Source: an uncultured virus (IMG/VR IMGVR_UViG_3300027963_003549) (taxonomy: Duplodnaviria; Heunggongvirae; Uroviricota; Caudoviricetes). Taken from it: a DNA stretch of 20,000 bases. Below the pieces are notes generated by a model. It was given only the letters and a program-made list of their open reading frames with translations, was not told the DNA's origin and searched no databases. The translations under genes and the position numbers were made by a program. The DNA is taken from IMG/VR virus record IMGVR_UViG_3300027963_003549, one strand, 5' to 3'. This document shows positions 6,398 through 15,390 of this stretch, piece after piece (positions within the stretch are counted from its first letter, which is position 1; each line of letters begins with the position of its first letter).

Positions 6398-8653
6398 TTA
6401 AAATCTATTGTCAGTTTGTTTAGGTTGTGCTGGTTTTGGTGATGTTGCCATATATTTTCCTGCGGCAGGTGATAACACAAATTGTAAATATGTGTTCGCC
6501 TTCCTCAAGTCATATCTAGTGTTACCTCTATTATCTTTAATATTCTTGTATTTTGAATCATCTAGACTTGTAATAACATCAGCTTCAAAACCTCTATCCG
6601 TAAGTCGTTTTAAGATATTTCTATTTTCATAATTACCTTCTCTCATACACTGAAGAACTGTTCTTTTTACCATATCAGTTCCAGGGATTATTGGATCAGT
6701 CGGTTCTGATGTTGTCGCGTAATGGTATAACAAGAATAAATCACCAAAACATCTTCCTAATGATTGTACTTGTGGTGAAATTCTTGTTTGTTTTCCACCT
6801 GAAACAACCGCAGATTCTCCACCCATTTTAAATAAATAAATTGTTTGTGGTTTTGTAACACCTAACGCTGATAAATCAATTGTTAATGGTGTGTAATATT
6901 GATCTGTTCCTTGAGGTGGGTTTTTAAACTGATTAAAATCATCCTCAACTCCTCGATTGTAATTATTGTAAGTATCTTTCCAATCTTGTGTTTGTGCATT
7001 CCAGTATGTATTTTTATTTTGTCCTAAAGTATCACCATATTTTTGAACTTCAGGGTTTGAACTTCCTTTGAAAAGTCGTGCTGCCATTTCAAAAACCTGA
7101 CCTCTATATCCTTGTCTAATGTAAGTTCTTAACTGATTATATAAATCCTCCAACTGACCAAGGTCACCAGGTTTTGATACATCAACACCTAATTTACCTG
7201 CCGCCTCAGAACCCGCAGATGTTTCGATTGTTGATATATTTGGACAATTAAGATTACGAGTGTATTTAAAAGATTTATCACCTGATTTTAATGTATAAAC
7301 CTTAAGATTACCATCAACAATTATATTATATTTAACGGTTTGGTCATAATCAGCACTTGTTGATTTGTAAGTAATAGCTTCATTCCCTGGAAATCCAGCT
7401 ACGGAGATATTTCTTAATATTGTTGCTTTACTTTTTATAGGATCTTTAATACAAAATTCCATAACATCATTCAAAGGATAGTTAGCTTGGATTGGTTTTG
7501 CAGAAACTGCTTGCTCAATCAAAACATTTCTAACAATTCTACGAATAGATTCAGGTAAATCTGTTGTTGGTATTCCTCCAGTATCTAAAGGTTCGTCTTT
7601 TTTAGGTTCTGTCTTTTTATTAGACTTCTCACATTCTTTACTTCCCCAAATACCTGTCATTTCTAATCCATAATTTTTTTGCCACTCCTTAACAGCGTCT
7701 GTAGTTTTACTACCAAACTTAGCATCAAGTACTAAGGTTTGCCACTCACCTCTATTTTGACTATTTAAATATTCTTGTAGTGTTCTAACCGATTCACCTT
7801 TCATACCTCTTTTAATATCCTTACCAACACAATATTCTGGTGCTGTCACATATGTTGTCTGATTTCGAGGTGGTGGTGGAGTATCAGGTGATACTGGTTC
7901 GGTTTGAGGTACGTCTGAAGGTAATGGAATATTCTCATCTTTCAAAAAGTACCATAGTGCTGCCGCAGTTATTCCAGTTGTTGCTGCCCATTTAAGAATT
8001 GATTTCCAATTCCAATTTTTATTTCTTAACAACCAAACCTTAATACTTTGTTTTTGAGAATCAGTAACCGTCTTTACAACTTTTCCACCTGTTTTGGCTG
8101 AAGTTTTAGCTGAAGTTTTAGTAGTCGTCTTTACTGTAGACCCTGTTGATTTTTCAATTGCTTTAATTTCTGCAGCAATATCTCTTGCGATATTATCTGA
8201 ATAACCTGCCTGTTTTAGTTTATTAATTATAACCGCAGAATCCTGACCCGCCATTCTACTTGCCTTACTAGCGGCAATCTCTTTAACTATATTACGTTCC
8301 AAACTTGGTGTAACTTTACCAGTATTCAATAAATTTTGAACAACTTTAGCTCCCTCAGCCCCTTTTAAAGTCTTACCAAATGATTTAACTAATGTTTCAG
8401 CATCTTTAATTACCGCACCACCCTTTAAAACCAATCCCGTATTCCCATAAACCTTTTTGAAAGCACTTGCAAGTTCTTTAGCATAGGCAGCAGCACTCTT
8501 CGTTCCTATTTTTAAGGATTGAAACTGTTCGTCTAATTCATTAACATCTAAGTTTTCAGTTATTGTTTTAGTCAGATCATAATTCATTAGATATGAAATC
8601 TTTTCTAAATTTTCTCTTAAATTTTCCATACTCATATTTTTTTTTACGGCCAT
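6398..8653 (-). CDS. Large multidomain protein: leader, Lys/Ala-rich helical region, TM helix, Pro-rich linker, peptidoglycan-binding domain (PG_binding_1-like), C-terminal unknown domain
   Basis: IKRGMKGESVRTLQEYLN...DAKFGSKTTDAVKEWQKNYGLEMTGIWG (about 7634..7816); WAATTGITAAALWYFL; start may be 8635. Confidence 0.8.
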   Translation of the reverse strand: MAVKKNMSMENLRENLEKISYLMNYDLTKTITENLDVNELDEQFQSLKIGTKSAAAYAKELASAFKKVYGNTGLVLKGGAVIKDAETLVKSFGKTLKGAEGAKVVQNLLNTGKVTPSLERNIVKEIAASKASRMAGQDSAVIINKLKQAGYSDNIARDIAAEIKAIEKSTGSTVKTTTKTSAKTSAKTGGKVVKTVTDSQKQSIKVWLLRNKNWNWKSILKWAATTGITAAALWYFLKDENIPLPSDVPQTEPVSPDTPPPPRNQTTYVTAPEYCVGKDIKRGMKGESVRTLQEYLNSQNRGEWQTLVLDAKFGSKTTDAVKEWQKNYGLEMTGIWGSKECEKSNKKTEPKKDEPLDTGGIPTTDLPESIRRIVRNVLIEQAVSAKPIQANYPLNDVMEFCIKDPIKSKATILRNISVAGFPGNEAITYKSTSADYDQTVKYNIIVDGNLKVYTLKSGDKSFKYTRNLNCPNISTIETSAGSEAAGKLGVDVSKPGDLGQLEDLYNQLRTYIRQGYRGQVFEMAARLFKGSSNPEVQKYGDTLGQNKNTYWNAQTQDWKDTYNNYNRGVEDDFNQFKNPPQGTDQYYTPLTIDLSALGVTKPQTIYLFKMGGESAVVSGGKQTRISPQVQSLGRCFGDLFLLYHYATTSEPTDPIIPGTDMVKRTVLQCMREGNYENRNILKRLTDRGFEADVITSLDDSKYKNIKDNRGNTRYDLRKANTYLQFVLSPAAGKYMATSPKPAQPKQTDNRF

Positions 8654-9774
8654 ACTAGATCCGCCGATTTTATTGCATTTAATATTTCTTGTTCTTGACT
8701 TTGATTACCCTTACCCATAAACTTCTCAACCCCCTTCTCAATCCCATAAACAAGACCTGTAGTTGTAGCTCCGGCTTTACCACCTTTTACTACTTTTTGT
8801 CCTGTTGTTAGTTTAGGAGCTAATTGAGCTTTACTTATACTACGATTTAGTAACCCATTCACACTATTAGATAATTTATTTACAAACCCTGAAACTTTAC
8901 CCAAAATTGATTTTATAAAATCTGCAGCCTTTGGGAATTTTTTTGATAAAAACGAAACAGCTTGATTCATTTTTCCTGAAACAGATCCTAAAGCACCCCC
9001 AATTTTTTGGATGATTGATTTTAATCCTGGTGTTTTTGCAACAATTTTAGCCATTTGTTGTGTTGTCTTAGCACCTCTTAATGACGTTGTAATTAATGTT
9101 TTTGCGGCTTTAGCAACACCACCGGCCAAAACTAATCCGAGAATATCGGTACCAAAAAATAATAATCTAATCCCTAGTGGTAAATCTTTGTCTTCGGTTT
9201 CGACCATACCTGTCAATTCTGCAACATCTAAAGCCACAATTATTGCCCAAGGGATCCATTGTACCGATTTACCAATTCCGGTGGCAACAAGAATCGCATC
9301 TAAAACCAAACCAACAGGGTGATACATCGCACTTCTAATACTTCTTGCGATATATAAAAGACCTTTACCAATAATACTGAAGGCTTTAGCGAAATCTCCT
9401 TGTGAAATGTTTTTCACAAAATCACCCATTCCCTTAGCTGATTTGTCAATAAACTCACCAACTCCTTTAATCGCTTCACTACCTTTTTGTTTTATCCATC
9501 CGATAGGATCGAATTCAAACTCTAACAATATGTTTTTAATATTTTTAGTACTCTCAGTTAATAACAAATTATTTAACTCAGACATACATTCACTAACAAC
9601 TTGTCTTGGAAGATCAGAAACACTATATGAATGTCTCAAAAAGAATACAAAATTATTGAAATCTTCCAATACATTACCAAGTTTCGTTTTGTTCTCAATA
9701 TCATATAATTCATCCATAAAGATGACGTATTTTTCATCAGGAGACAACCAATCTGAAATTAAGTAATTTTTCAT
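8644..9774 (-). CDS. 376-aa protein with several hydrophobic helices and Lys/Gly/Ala-rich amphipathic C-half; probable virion membrane-active protein
   Basis: PVGLVLDAILVATGIG..QWIPWAIIVALDVA, LLFFGTDILGLVLAGGVA; TAATG coupling to upstream gene. Confidence 0.8.
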   Translation of the reverse strand: MKNYLISDWLSPDEKYVIFMDELYDIENKTKLGNVLEDFNNFVFFLRHSYSVSDLPRQVVSECMSELNNLLLTESTKNIKNILLEFEFDPIGWIKQKGSEAIKGVGEFIDKSAKGMGDFVKNISQGDFAKAFSIIGKGLLYIARSIRSAMYHPVGLVLDAILVATGIGKSVQWIPWAIIVALDVAELTGMVETEDKDLPLGIRLLFFGTDILGLVLAGGVAKAAKTLITTSLRGAKTTQQMAKIVAKTPGLKSIIQKIGGALGSVSGKMNQAVSFLSKKFPKAADFIKSILGKVSGFVNKLSNSVNGLLNRSISKAQLAPKLTTGQKVVKGGKAGATTTGLVYGIEKGVEKFMGKGNQSQEQEILNAIKSADLVWP

Positions 9775-10280
9775 TAGAAACCGTATTTTACTTGTCCTTC
9801 TGGTTTTATTTCACACCACTTCTTATTGTTTTTTCCAGTACTAGCACAATAATTATCAATCAGTGTTTGTAATATTTTATTTAATGTGGCTCTTGATTTA
9901 GTCGCAAACCATTCCCCTTCCATAGCATCACCCAATGATTCACCATAAGACGATTTATATTTAGATGAAATAAGAATACTTCTTTCCAAGGTATTAAAAG
10001 CGTCAGTATTTGATATCGCATAATATAGTCCATCACCTGTACCCGCACCTGAAATCGCATCATTAATTGTTTGGACAATCTTATCAACATTTTTTGTGTT
10101 TGCCTTTGGTAACCCCATTAAATTAATAACCGCTTCGGGTTTGTATAGTACAACATCAGGTGTTAAAAATCTAAGCATTTTACTAGATTCATTGATGTTT
10201 TCGTTTAAAGTTTTATCTAACTTATAGTTCATCATCAACAACACTCTTTTTAGGGATTCCTGACCTTCATTTATATTCAT
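9774..10280 (-). CDS. 168-aa protein with leader and a single annexin-like repeat
   Basis: Start moved to ATG 10280 (after TATTTAT; avoids overlap); INDAISGAGTGD...KYKSSYGESLGDAMEGE resembles the annexin repeat L..A..G.GTDE...Y...YG..L...I..E. Confidence 0.65.
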   Translation of the reverse strand: MNINEGQESLKRVLLMMNYKLDKTLNENINESSKMLRFLTPDVVLYKPEAVINLMGLPKANTKNVDKIVQTINDAISGAGTGDGLYYAISNTDAFNTLERSILISSKYKSSYGESLGDAMEGEWFATKSRATLNKILQTLIDNYCASTGKNNKKWCEIKPEGQVKYGF

Positions 10281-10294
10281 AAACTTTTTTTTTA

Positions 10295-10316
10295 ATAAAT
10301 ATACTATATTATAGTA
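10295..10316 (-). promoter_or_regulatory. TATTTAT motif with adjacent palindrome TACTATA-N-TATAGTA
   Basis: Motif 10295..10301, 14 nt before ATG; palindrome 10302..10316. Confidence 0.55.
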
Positions 10317-10530
10317 ATGTGTTCGCTTTACCTCGTTTTGTTTGATATAAATCTTTCCATTTACCAACTTTTACAGGATTTGCTAAACCTCTAGTTATAC
10401 CTGTTTCCCATTTTGTAATAGTAGGATATCCTCCACTACCACCTGTTTCTTCTTGTTCTCCCATTTCTTCTTTTGAAGTTTCGGTGATTTGATCAATAAG
10501 ATCTATGATGTAATCAACGTCTAATTTCAT
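10309..10530 (-). CDS. Hypothetical protein (73 aa) with two KW...RG.AN repeats
   Basis: KWETGITRGLANP and KWKDLYQTKRGKANT; 1 nt after upstream stop. Confidence 0.75.
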   Translation of the reverse strand: MKLDVDYIIDLIDQITETSKEEMGEQEETGGSGGYPTITKWETGITRGLANPVKVGKWKDLYQTKRGKANTLL

Positions 10531-10531
10531 T

Positions 10532-10819
10532 TCAGTAATTTTCTGGTTTTGGTAATTTATCAGGATTAATCAAAAAATATTCATTCATAAAAGAGATAAG
10601 TTCAACTTCATCAATTTCTTCTTCGTCATTTTCAAAGAATTCTTCCTCATCCAAAAAATCTAATGGGTATGAAATTACATCATACCCATAATCATCGATA
10701 ATATCTAATTCAAATTCGCTAATACGAATAACATCATCAGAATCGTCTATGGTTCTATAATGAACTTCGACCATTGATTCTCCGATTGAATATTCAACTA
10801 TCTCTCTAATTTCCATCAA
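10532..10819 (-). CDS. Hypothetical very acidic protein (95 aa)
   Basis: Overlaps upstream stop; D/E-rich. Confidence 0.75.
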   Translation of the reverse strand: MMEIREIVEYSIGESMVEVHYRTIDDSDDVIRISEFELDIIDDYGYDVISYPLDFLDEEEFFENDEEEIDEVELISFMNEYFLINPDKLPKPENY

Positions 10820-11415
10820 TTATAATTTTTGAATCTGTTAAACATTTCCGTGATTTGGTTTCTTTGGTCATTGAACGATTCTTTAATGTCTTTATCCATT
10901 TCGTTCATCCAACATTCACAAGTTTCTTCATACATTCCGCACTCATTACACATTTGACCTTCTTCCAAATCAAATTTTTCATCTTCAGGATCAAAAATAT
11001 AATCTTCGACACCTTTTTTTCCCATACTATGTGATGATTTTGGACCTCTAAAGGAATACATTGATTTATCTTTGTCTTCAAATGGAGTTTCACCGGTAAA
11101 TTCAACATCATCTTCATAATATGATGGAGCTTTAATTTTATATTTTTTTCCTAATTTCAAGTTTTCAATTCCAAGATCTTCCTTCATTTCATCAGTACTT
11201 TCATTGATTCCAACATTGGTATATGTTTTAATATCACCTTTGTTATTAACAACCAAACCTCCTTTGTCATTTGCGAAGTCTTGAACATACAATGGTTGTG
11301 GGTTTAAGTTTTGATTATGTCTTGTAACATAACCATCATATATTGTTTTGTGTTGGTTCAATATATTTTGTTTCTCTTCTGAGGACATTTGTCCTGATGC
11401 AAAAAATCCGTTCAT
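10816..11415 (-). CDS. Hypothetical protein (199 aa), CxxC...CxC near C-terminus
   Basis: ORF with TATTTAT at 11429..11435; MSSEEKQNILNQH N-terminal motif; CNECG..EETCEC. Confidence 0.8.
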   Translation of the reverse strand: MNGFFASGQMSSEEKQNILNQHKTIYDGYVTRHNQNLNPQPLYVQDFANDKGGLVVNNKGDIKTYTNVGINESTDEMKEDLGIENLKLGKKYKIKAPSYYEDDVEFTGETPFEDKDKSMYSFRGPKSSHSMGKKGVEDYIFDPEDEKFDLEEGQMCNECGMYEETCECWMNEMDKDIKESFNDQRNQITEMFNRFKNYN

Positions 11416-11435
11416 ATCTTTTTTGTTTATAAATA

Positions 11436-12437
11436 TTATTTAGATGTCATAAGTTTATAATTACGAATATATAACTCCATAATTGCTCTTGAAATAGTTC
11501 TAGTTTTACTTTCAACATTTGATATTGTTATCTCTTTTCCTTCATCTTCCAAGATTTTCATTGCTCCTGAAATAATCTCATTTCGGCAATCACTGGCAGA
11601 TTCAATGAGGTCTTCAAAACCATCAGTACCATCTTTGTGATAATTAAGTTCTTTTATTATTCCTTCTTTACCTAACATAAGATAAGGTGCCGCACCTAAC
11701 ATGTTTGTTAAGCCACTTTTTTGTAGTTCCACTAAAAATTTCATAACAACTTTTAAATTCATGGCGTCAAACATTTTTTTGTGTTTTGTCAATGTTTTAA
11801 AATCAAATTGTTCTTTAAGCGTGTCTTGATCTGTCACGACATTATTTACCAAAACTCTATCAAACCCAAAATATTTTGTTTTTTTCGCTATTTGTGTTTG
11901 AGATATAAATTTTTTGAATTTAAATCCTACATGATATTGGTCATCTGATGTAAGTATATTTGTTATAAGATTTACTAATTCCTGAGTTGGACCCTCAACT
12001 TTAATCTTAACATCACACATTAAATAATCATACCACTCACCAACACTAATCATCGGCTTAAAACCTATGAAATGAACTTTATATTTTACAACAACATCTA
12101 ACCCACTAATTAATTCATCACCATCCACAGTGAAAACTTTATCTTTAAAGATGTTATTCAAAGATGGGATAATTTTTTCTTTATCTGTTTTTACATTGAT
12201 AATTGATTCTTGGACATTATTATCTTTAGTATCTTTCATGTAGATATCAACAGATGGTACTATTGCCAATTTACTACCATTGTCCCAATCTACAGAATAT
12301 AAAGGTTCTCCAAACACTTCAGTAACATTCGTCACAGTACCTTTACTACCAACTCTAACACTCGCATATTTATCTTCCATACGAAGTAATATAACTCTAT
12401 CCCCAACTTCCAATTTTGGTTTTACATATTTTTCCAT
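11436..12437 (-). CDS. 333-aa protein: N-terminal DUF4314-like SH3-type domain, C-terminal SG.TNM.GA.PYL domain (DUF5049-like)
   Basis: VGDRVILLRMEDKY...GSKGTV...VDWDNGSKLAIVPSVD; LQKSGLTNMLGAAPYL. Confidence 0.7.
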   Translation of the reverse strand: MEKYVKPKLEVGDRVILLRMEDKYASVRVGSKGTVTNVTEVFGEPLYSVDWDNGSKLAIVPSVDIYMKDTKDNNVQESIINVKTDKEKIIPSLNNIFKDKVFTVDGDELISGLDVVVKYKVHFIGFKPMISVGEWYDYLMCDVKIKVEGPTQELVNLITNILTSDDQYHVGFKFKKFISQTQIAKKTKYFGFDRVLVNNVVTDQDTLKEQFDFKTLTKHKKMFDAMNLKVVMKFLVELQKSGLTNMLGAAPYLMLGKEGIIKELNYHKDGTDGFEDLIESASDCRNEIISGAMKILEDEGKEITISNVESKTRTISRAIMELYIRNYKLMTSK

Positions 12438-12442
12438 AACTA

Positions 12443-12464
12443 ATAAATATGTTGATGTATTTAT
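12443..12464. promoter_or_regulatory. Back-to-back TATTTAT motifs serving divergent genes
   Basis: ATAAATA 12443..12449 (minus, 5 nt from ATG 12437) and TATTTAT 12458..12464 (plus, 5 nt from ATG 12470). Confidence 0.7.
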
Positions 12465-12469
12465 ATGTT

Positions 12470-13084
12470 ATGAAAGTAACTATCACAGAATCCGATATTA
12501 AACAAATTATTCTTGAATCTGCAGAAAAAGAGAGTGAGAAGGTGGTTGAAGACATTAAAAGTTATACCAAAGACCTATATCAAAAAATTAAGGAACATTT
12601 AGGTCTTAATTTGAAATTCCTACTAACTTGGGGAATTGGGATTGGTGCGTTGATTAAACCGATTGAAGATTGGATAAATCTAAATGTTGTTGATCTATCT
12701 CCAACGGAGGTAACCTTAATTGCGGTCTCTGCGGTAATGACAGTATTCTTTGAAAAAAAATCCGACATTACTATGTTGATTGATAAAATTAAAGAAGAAA
12801 GTTTATATGAAACCTACTCTATGGTGGTTAAAAAAACGAAAGAATTCAAAAAAGCATATAAAAAACTATTGGACTATTTTGGTATTAGTTTAACCGGTGT
12901 TGCATCAATGGCGAATTATGCATTGATGTTACCTTTAATACCAATTATGAAAAATGTTTTTGTTAGTGGTAATTTTGAAGATGTTGATTTGGATAAAATG
13001 GTTAAAAGGTTGATTGCCATTGGTGTAACGGCAACAGTTGCTGAGGTGATAAAAAAACTAGCAACACGTATTTCCAAATTGTGA
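12470..13084 (+). CDS. Predicted membrane protein (204 aa) with ITE leader
   Basis: Start moved to ATG 12470 (MKVTITESDIKQIILES); several hydrophobic segments (FLLTWGIGIGALI, TLIAVSAVMTVFF, YALMLPLIPIM). Confidence 0.8.
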   Translation: MKVTITESDIKQIILESAEKESEKVVEDIKSYTKDLYQKIKEHLGLNLKFLLTWGIGIGALIKPIEDWINLNVVDLSPTEVTLIAVSAVMTVFFEKKSDITMLIDKIKEESLYETYSMVVKKTKEFKKAYKKLLDYFGISLTGVASMANYALMLPLIPIMKNVFVSGNFEDVDLDKMVKRLIAIGVTATVAEVIKKLATRISKL

Positions 13085-13106
13085 TTGTTAGTTTATTATT
13101 GATCTT

Positions 13107-13529
13107 ATGGATCTCATTTCGACGCACATTATTAAAAAACAAGACTTAGGTGTTCATGGAGCATTGTTCGGTGGTACTTTATTATCAATGATTGATGAAA
13201 GTGCTGCTGGGTATGCTATGCAACTATGTGACACACCAAGATTGGTTACTGTAAGTATTGATAAATGTTTCTTTGAAAGACCCGCAAAAGAAGGTCAATT
13301 ATTGAAAATATATGGATCACCTGTAAGACACGGAAGTAGTTCTATCACTCTATATTTGGAAGCTAGAAACCATAACGTATATACCGGAGAACAAAAGATT
13401 ATATTGAAAACAAATATAAAATTCGTTCGTATTGATGAAGAGGGTAATGCAATCCCATTAGGCGATAAAGCCAAAAATAGAATTTCCAAACTCATTGATG
13501 GTGAGAAGGTTGAAGATAAGGAAATTTAA
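13107..13529 (+). CDS. Acyl-CoA thioesterase, HotDog fold (YciA-like)
   Basis: DLGVHGALFGGTLLSMIDES...VTVSID...F.RP..G.L...G.SSIT...FVRIDEEGNAIP; weak host-type promoter TTTC-N19-TATTATTG ending 13101. Confidence 0.88.
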   Translation: MDLISTHIIKKQDLGVHGALFGGTLLSMIDESAAGYAMQLCDTPRLVTVSIDKCFFERPAKEGQLLKIYGSPVRHGSSSITLYLEARNHNVYTGEQKIILKTNIKFVRIDEEGNAIPLGDKAKNRISKLIDGEKVEDKEI

Positions 13530-14195
13530 TTACTTAGGGGTTTTTGATGTGTTAGCCAGAGATGATTGAGATTGTACGGTACTAAGTTGAGTTTCTAAAG
13601 ATGCTAAATTTTTTCTTATGTCTGATTTATTTTTGAAATACGTAATAAGTGTTCCTCCAACTCTAATTAAAAAAGCAGCAACTATTATAGCGAAAAAACT
13701 TATAATCATCGCTGAAACACCACCAAGACCAGCGCCTATCATTAGAGAAACAAAAAAGGTTATTGCAATATCATTCATAGCATGGTCAGAGAAGTATTCG
13801 GATAACTTTTTTTTCAACTCATTTTTATCCCAAGTTTTCTTACTTTTGTAAGCTCTCATTGCATCTACAATTACCTTTTCAATGTCTTCTGTATTGTCTT
13901 GTTCAGATAATTTATATTTATTTTTCACTAAAACATTATAAAACGCTTTAATATACCTAAAAAACTCACTTACTGATATATTATTTAATATATTAATAAT
14001 CTCCGGTGTTAATATGTTTGGAAACATTGACTTCAAACCTTCCATAGAAAAGTTTGATTTAACTAATACCTCTTTAACTTTATTAAGAAATACATCATCA
14101 AAACTTCTCAAGTTTTGAATAAATTCTTTAATATTTTTTCCTTCAGTAATTATTTGAACTCTGTTATACTGATTTTCTGTTATAATTATTTTCAT
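13530..14195 (-). CDS. Predicted membrane protein (221 aa) with ITE leader
   Basis: Start moved to ATG 14195 (ATGA overlap; MKIIITENQY); hydrophobic hairpin IAITFFVSLMIGAGLGGVSAMIISFFAIIVAAFLI. Confidence 0.8.
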   Translation of the reverse strand: MKIIITENQYNRVQIITEGKNIKEFIQNLRSFDDVFLNKVKEVLVKSNFSMEGLKSMFPNILTPEIINILNNISVSEFFRYIKAFYNVLVKNKYKLSEQDNTEDIEKVIVDAMRAYKSKKTWDKNELKKKLSEYFSDHAMNDIAITFFVSLMIGAGLGGVSAMIISFFAIIVAAFLIRVGGTLITYFKNKSDIRKNLASLETQLSTVQSQSSLANTSKTPK

Positions 14196-15295
14196 TTTTT
14201 TGGACAATTAAATTTTAGGGTAAATAATGTGTTTTTTAATGGTGAGTATGCCGTTAAAATAATAGTACTAACGTCTTTAAGACTGCTTATATTAAAACTA
14301 ATCTCATGGTCTCCAGAATTATTATCAAATTTTACCGTTCCTTTACTCATAGCATTCACATATCTAAATAACTTCGGGAGATTTGATAAATCTTTAACAG
14401 GTCTCAAATTTCCAAAATTAACTCCTTTAAATGCCACTTGATTAGGATGTTTTAATAGTAAATTATGAAACTGAAAAAATTCTGTATCATTAGGATTTCC
14501 AATAAAACCGGTGTCTAATAATACGTTATTAAATAAATCAGTAACAATAAATCTATCTGGTATTCTTAATGAATTGAAAGATACTGTTAGGTTATCATAA
14601 TCGCTAACATTGATTTTTCTTTGGAATCCGATAAATGGTGGGTCTCCAACTTGAGCACCTTTACCAGTCACTTCATAAGTATTGTCACATTCTAAGGTGA
14701 TAGTATCTTCACTAAAATTTTCAATTTTTGTTCCTGGCGGAATGTAGTTACGACCCTTTGTTGTTAGTCTAGGTGTTTTAGATTGTAATGGTTTTAGTGT
14801 TTTATCAACACCAACTTCCATATAAACATATTGGTCCGCCAAGTATTTAGGGTCAGTTGCTTTATCAACACCTCTTGTATATTTTTCTTGTCGTTCTTCA
14901 GGTTTTACAACATATTCTTCAATGGTTGCATTATTCTTCCAATCAGGAATTGATTTATTTAACCAACCTTCAACAACTGATTTAATTGTTTGTAATCTAT
15001 ATTTGGATAAATCACCATCCTTCATTCCAGGAGGTGGAGTGGAGTTAGACTCACTTGATTCAATATATAACTTGATATCACCACCTTCATTATCTGAAAA
15101 GAATTTTTTCAGTGGTTCCAATTTTTTATAAACCTCAGTTACATTCAAACTTTTAACGTCATATTTTCCTTGTTGGAAATCCGCACCGAAATCAATCCTT
15201 AATCTACCATCATTTTCGGCTTGTTCAAATAACAATCCGTTATATAAATTTTTAATATATCTTAATTCATTTTCAGATATGATAAGTTTACCCAT
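14192..15295 (-). CDS. 367-aa protein with ISE leader, divergent OmpA-C-like domain and C-terminal beta-rich domain
   Basis: F.QGKY...IKLYIESSES.....LSKYRLQTIK...ADQYV resembles the OmpA-like fold pattern; IPDRFIV...DTGFIG C-terminal domain. Confidence 0.6.
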   Translation of the reverse strand: MGKLIISENELRYIKNLYNGLLFEQAENDGRLRIDFGADFQQGKYDVKSLNVTEVYKKLEPLKKFFSDNEGGDIKLYIESSESNSTPPPGMKDGDLSKYRLQTIKSVVEGWLNKSIPDWKNNATIEEYVVKPEERQEKYTRGVDKATDPKYLADQYVYMEVGVDKTLKPLQSKTPRLTTKGRNYIPPGTKIENFSEDTITLECDNTYEVTGKGAQVGDPPFIGFQRKINVSDYDNLTVSFNSLRIPDRFIVTDLFNNVLLDTGFIGNPNDTEFFQFHNLLLKHPNQVAFKGVNFGNLRPVKDLSNLPKLFRYVNAMSKGTVKFDNNSGDHEISFNISSLKDVSTIILTAYSPLKNTLFTLKFNCPKK

Positions 15296-15310
15296 AAATC
15301 ATCTTTATTT

Positions 15311-15332
15311 ATAAATAGTCATATAATTATGA
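15311..15332 (-). promoter_or_regulatory. TATTTAT motif with adjacent TCATA-N4-TATGA palindrome
   Basis: Motif 15311..15317, 15 nt before ATG 15295. Confidence 0.55.
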
Positions 15333-15354
15333 AATTTTTTTTTAACAAAAATAA

Positions 15355-15386
15355 TTTGATAGTTCAATTTTCCTTTTTTATGATTG
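15355..15386 (+). promoter_or_regulatory. Bacteroidota-type promoter, probably leaderless transcript
   Basis: TTTG-N20-TATGATTG, ATG 4 nt downstream. Confidence 0.65.
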
Positions 15387-15390
15387 AAAC

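Noticed and set aside
8092..8121. 12-bp tandem repeat encoding KTSA-KTSA-KT
   Set aside because: Short in-frame low-complexity linker, about 2.5 copies; no sign of a contingency locus.
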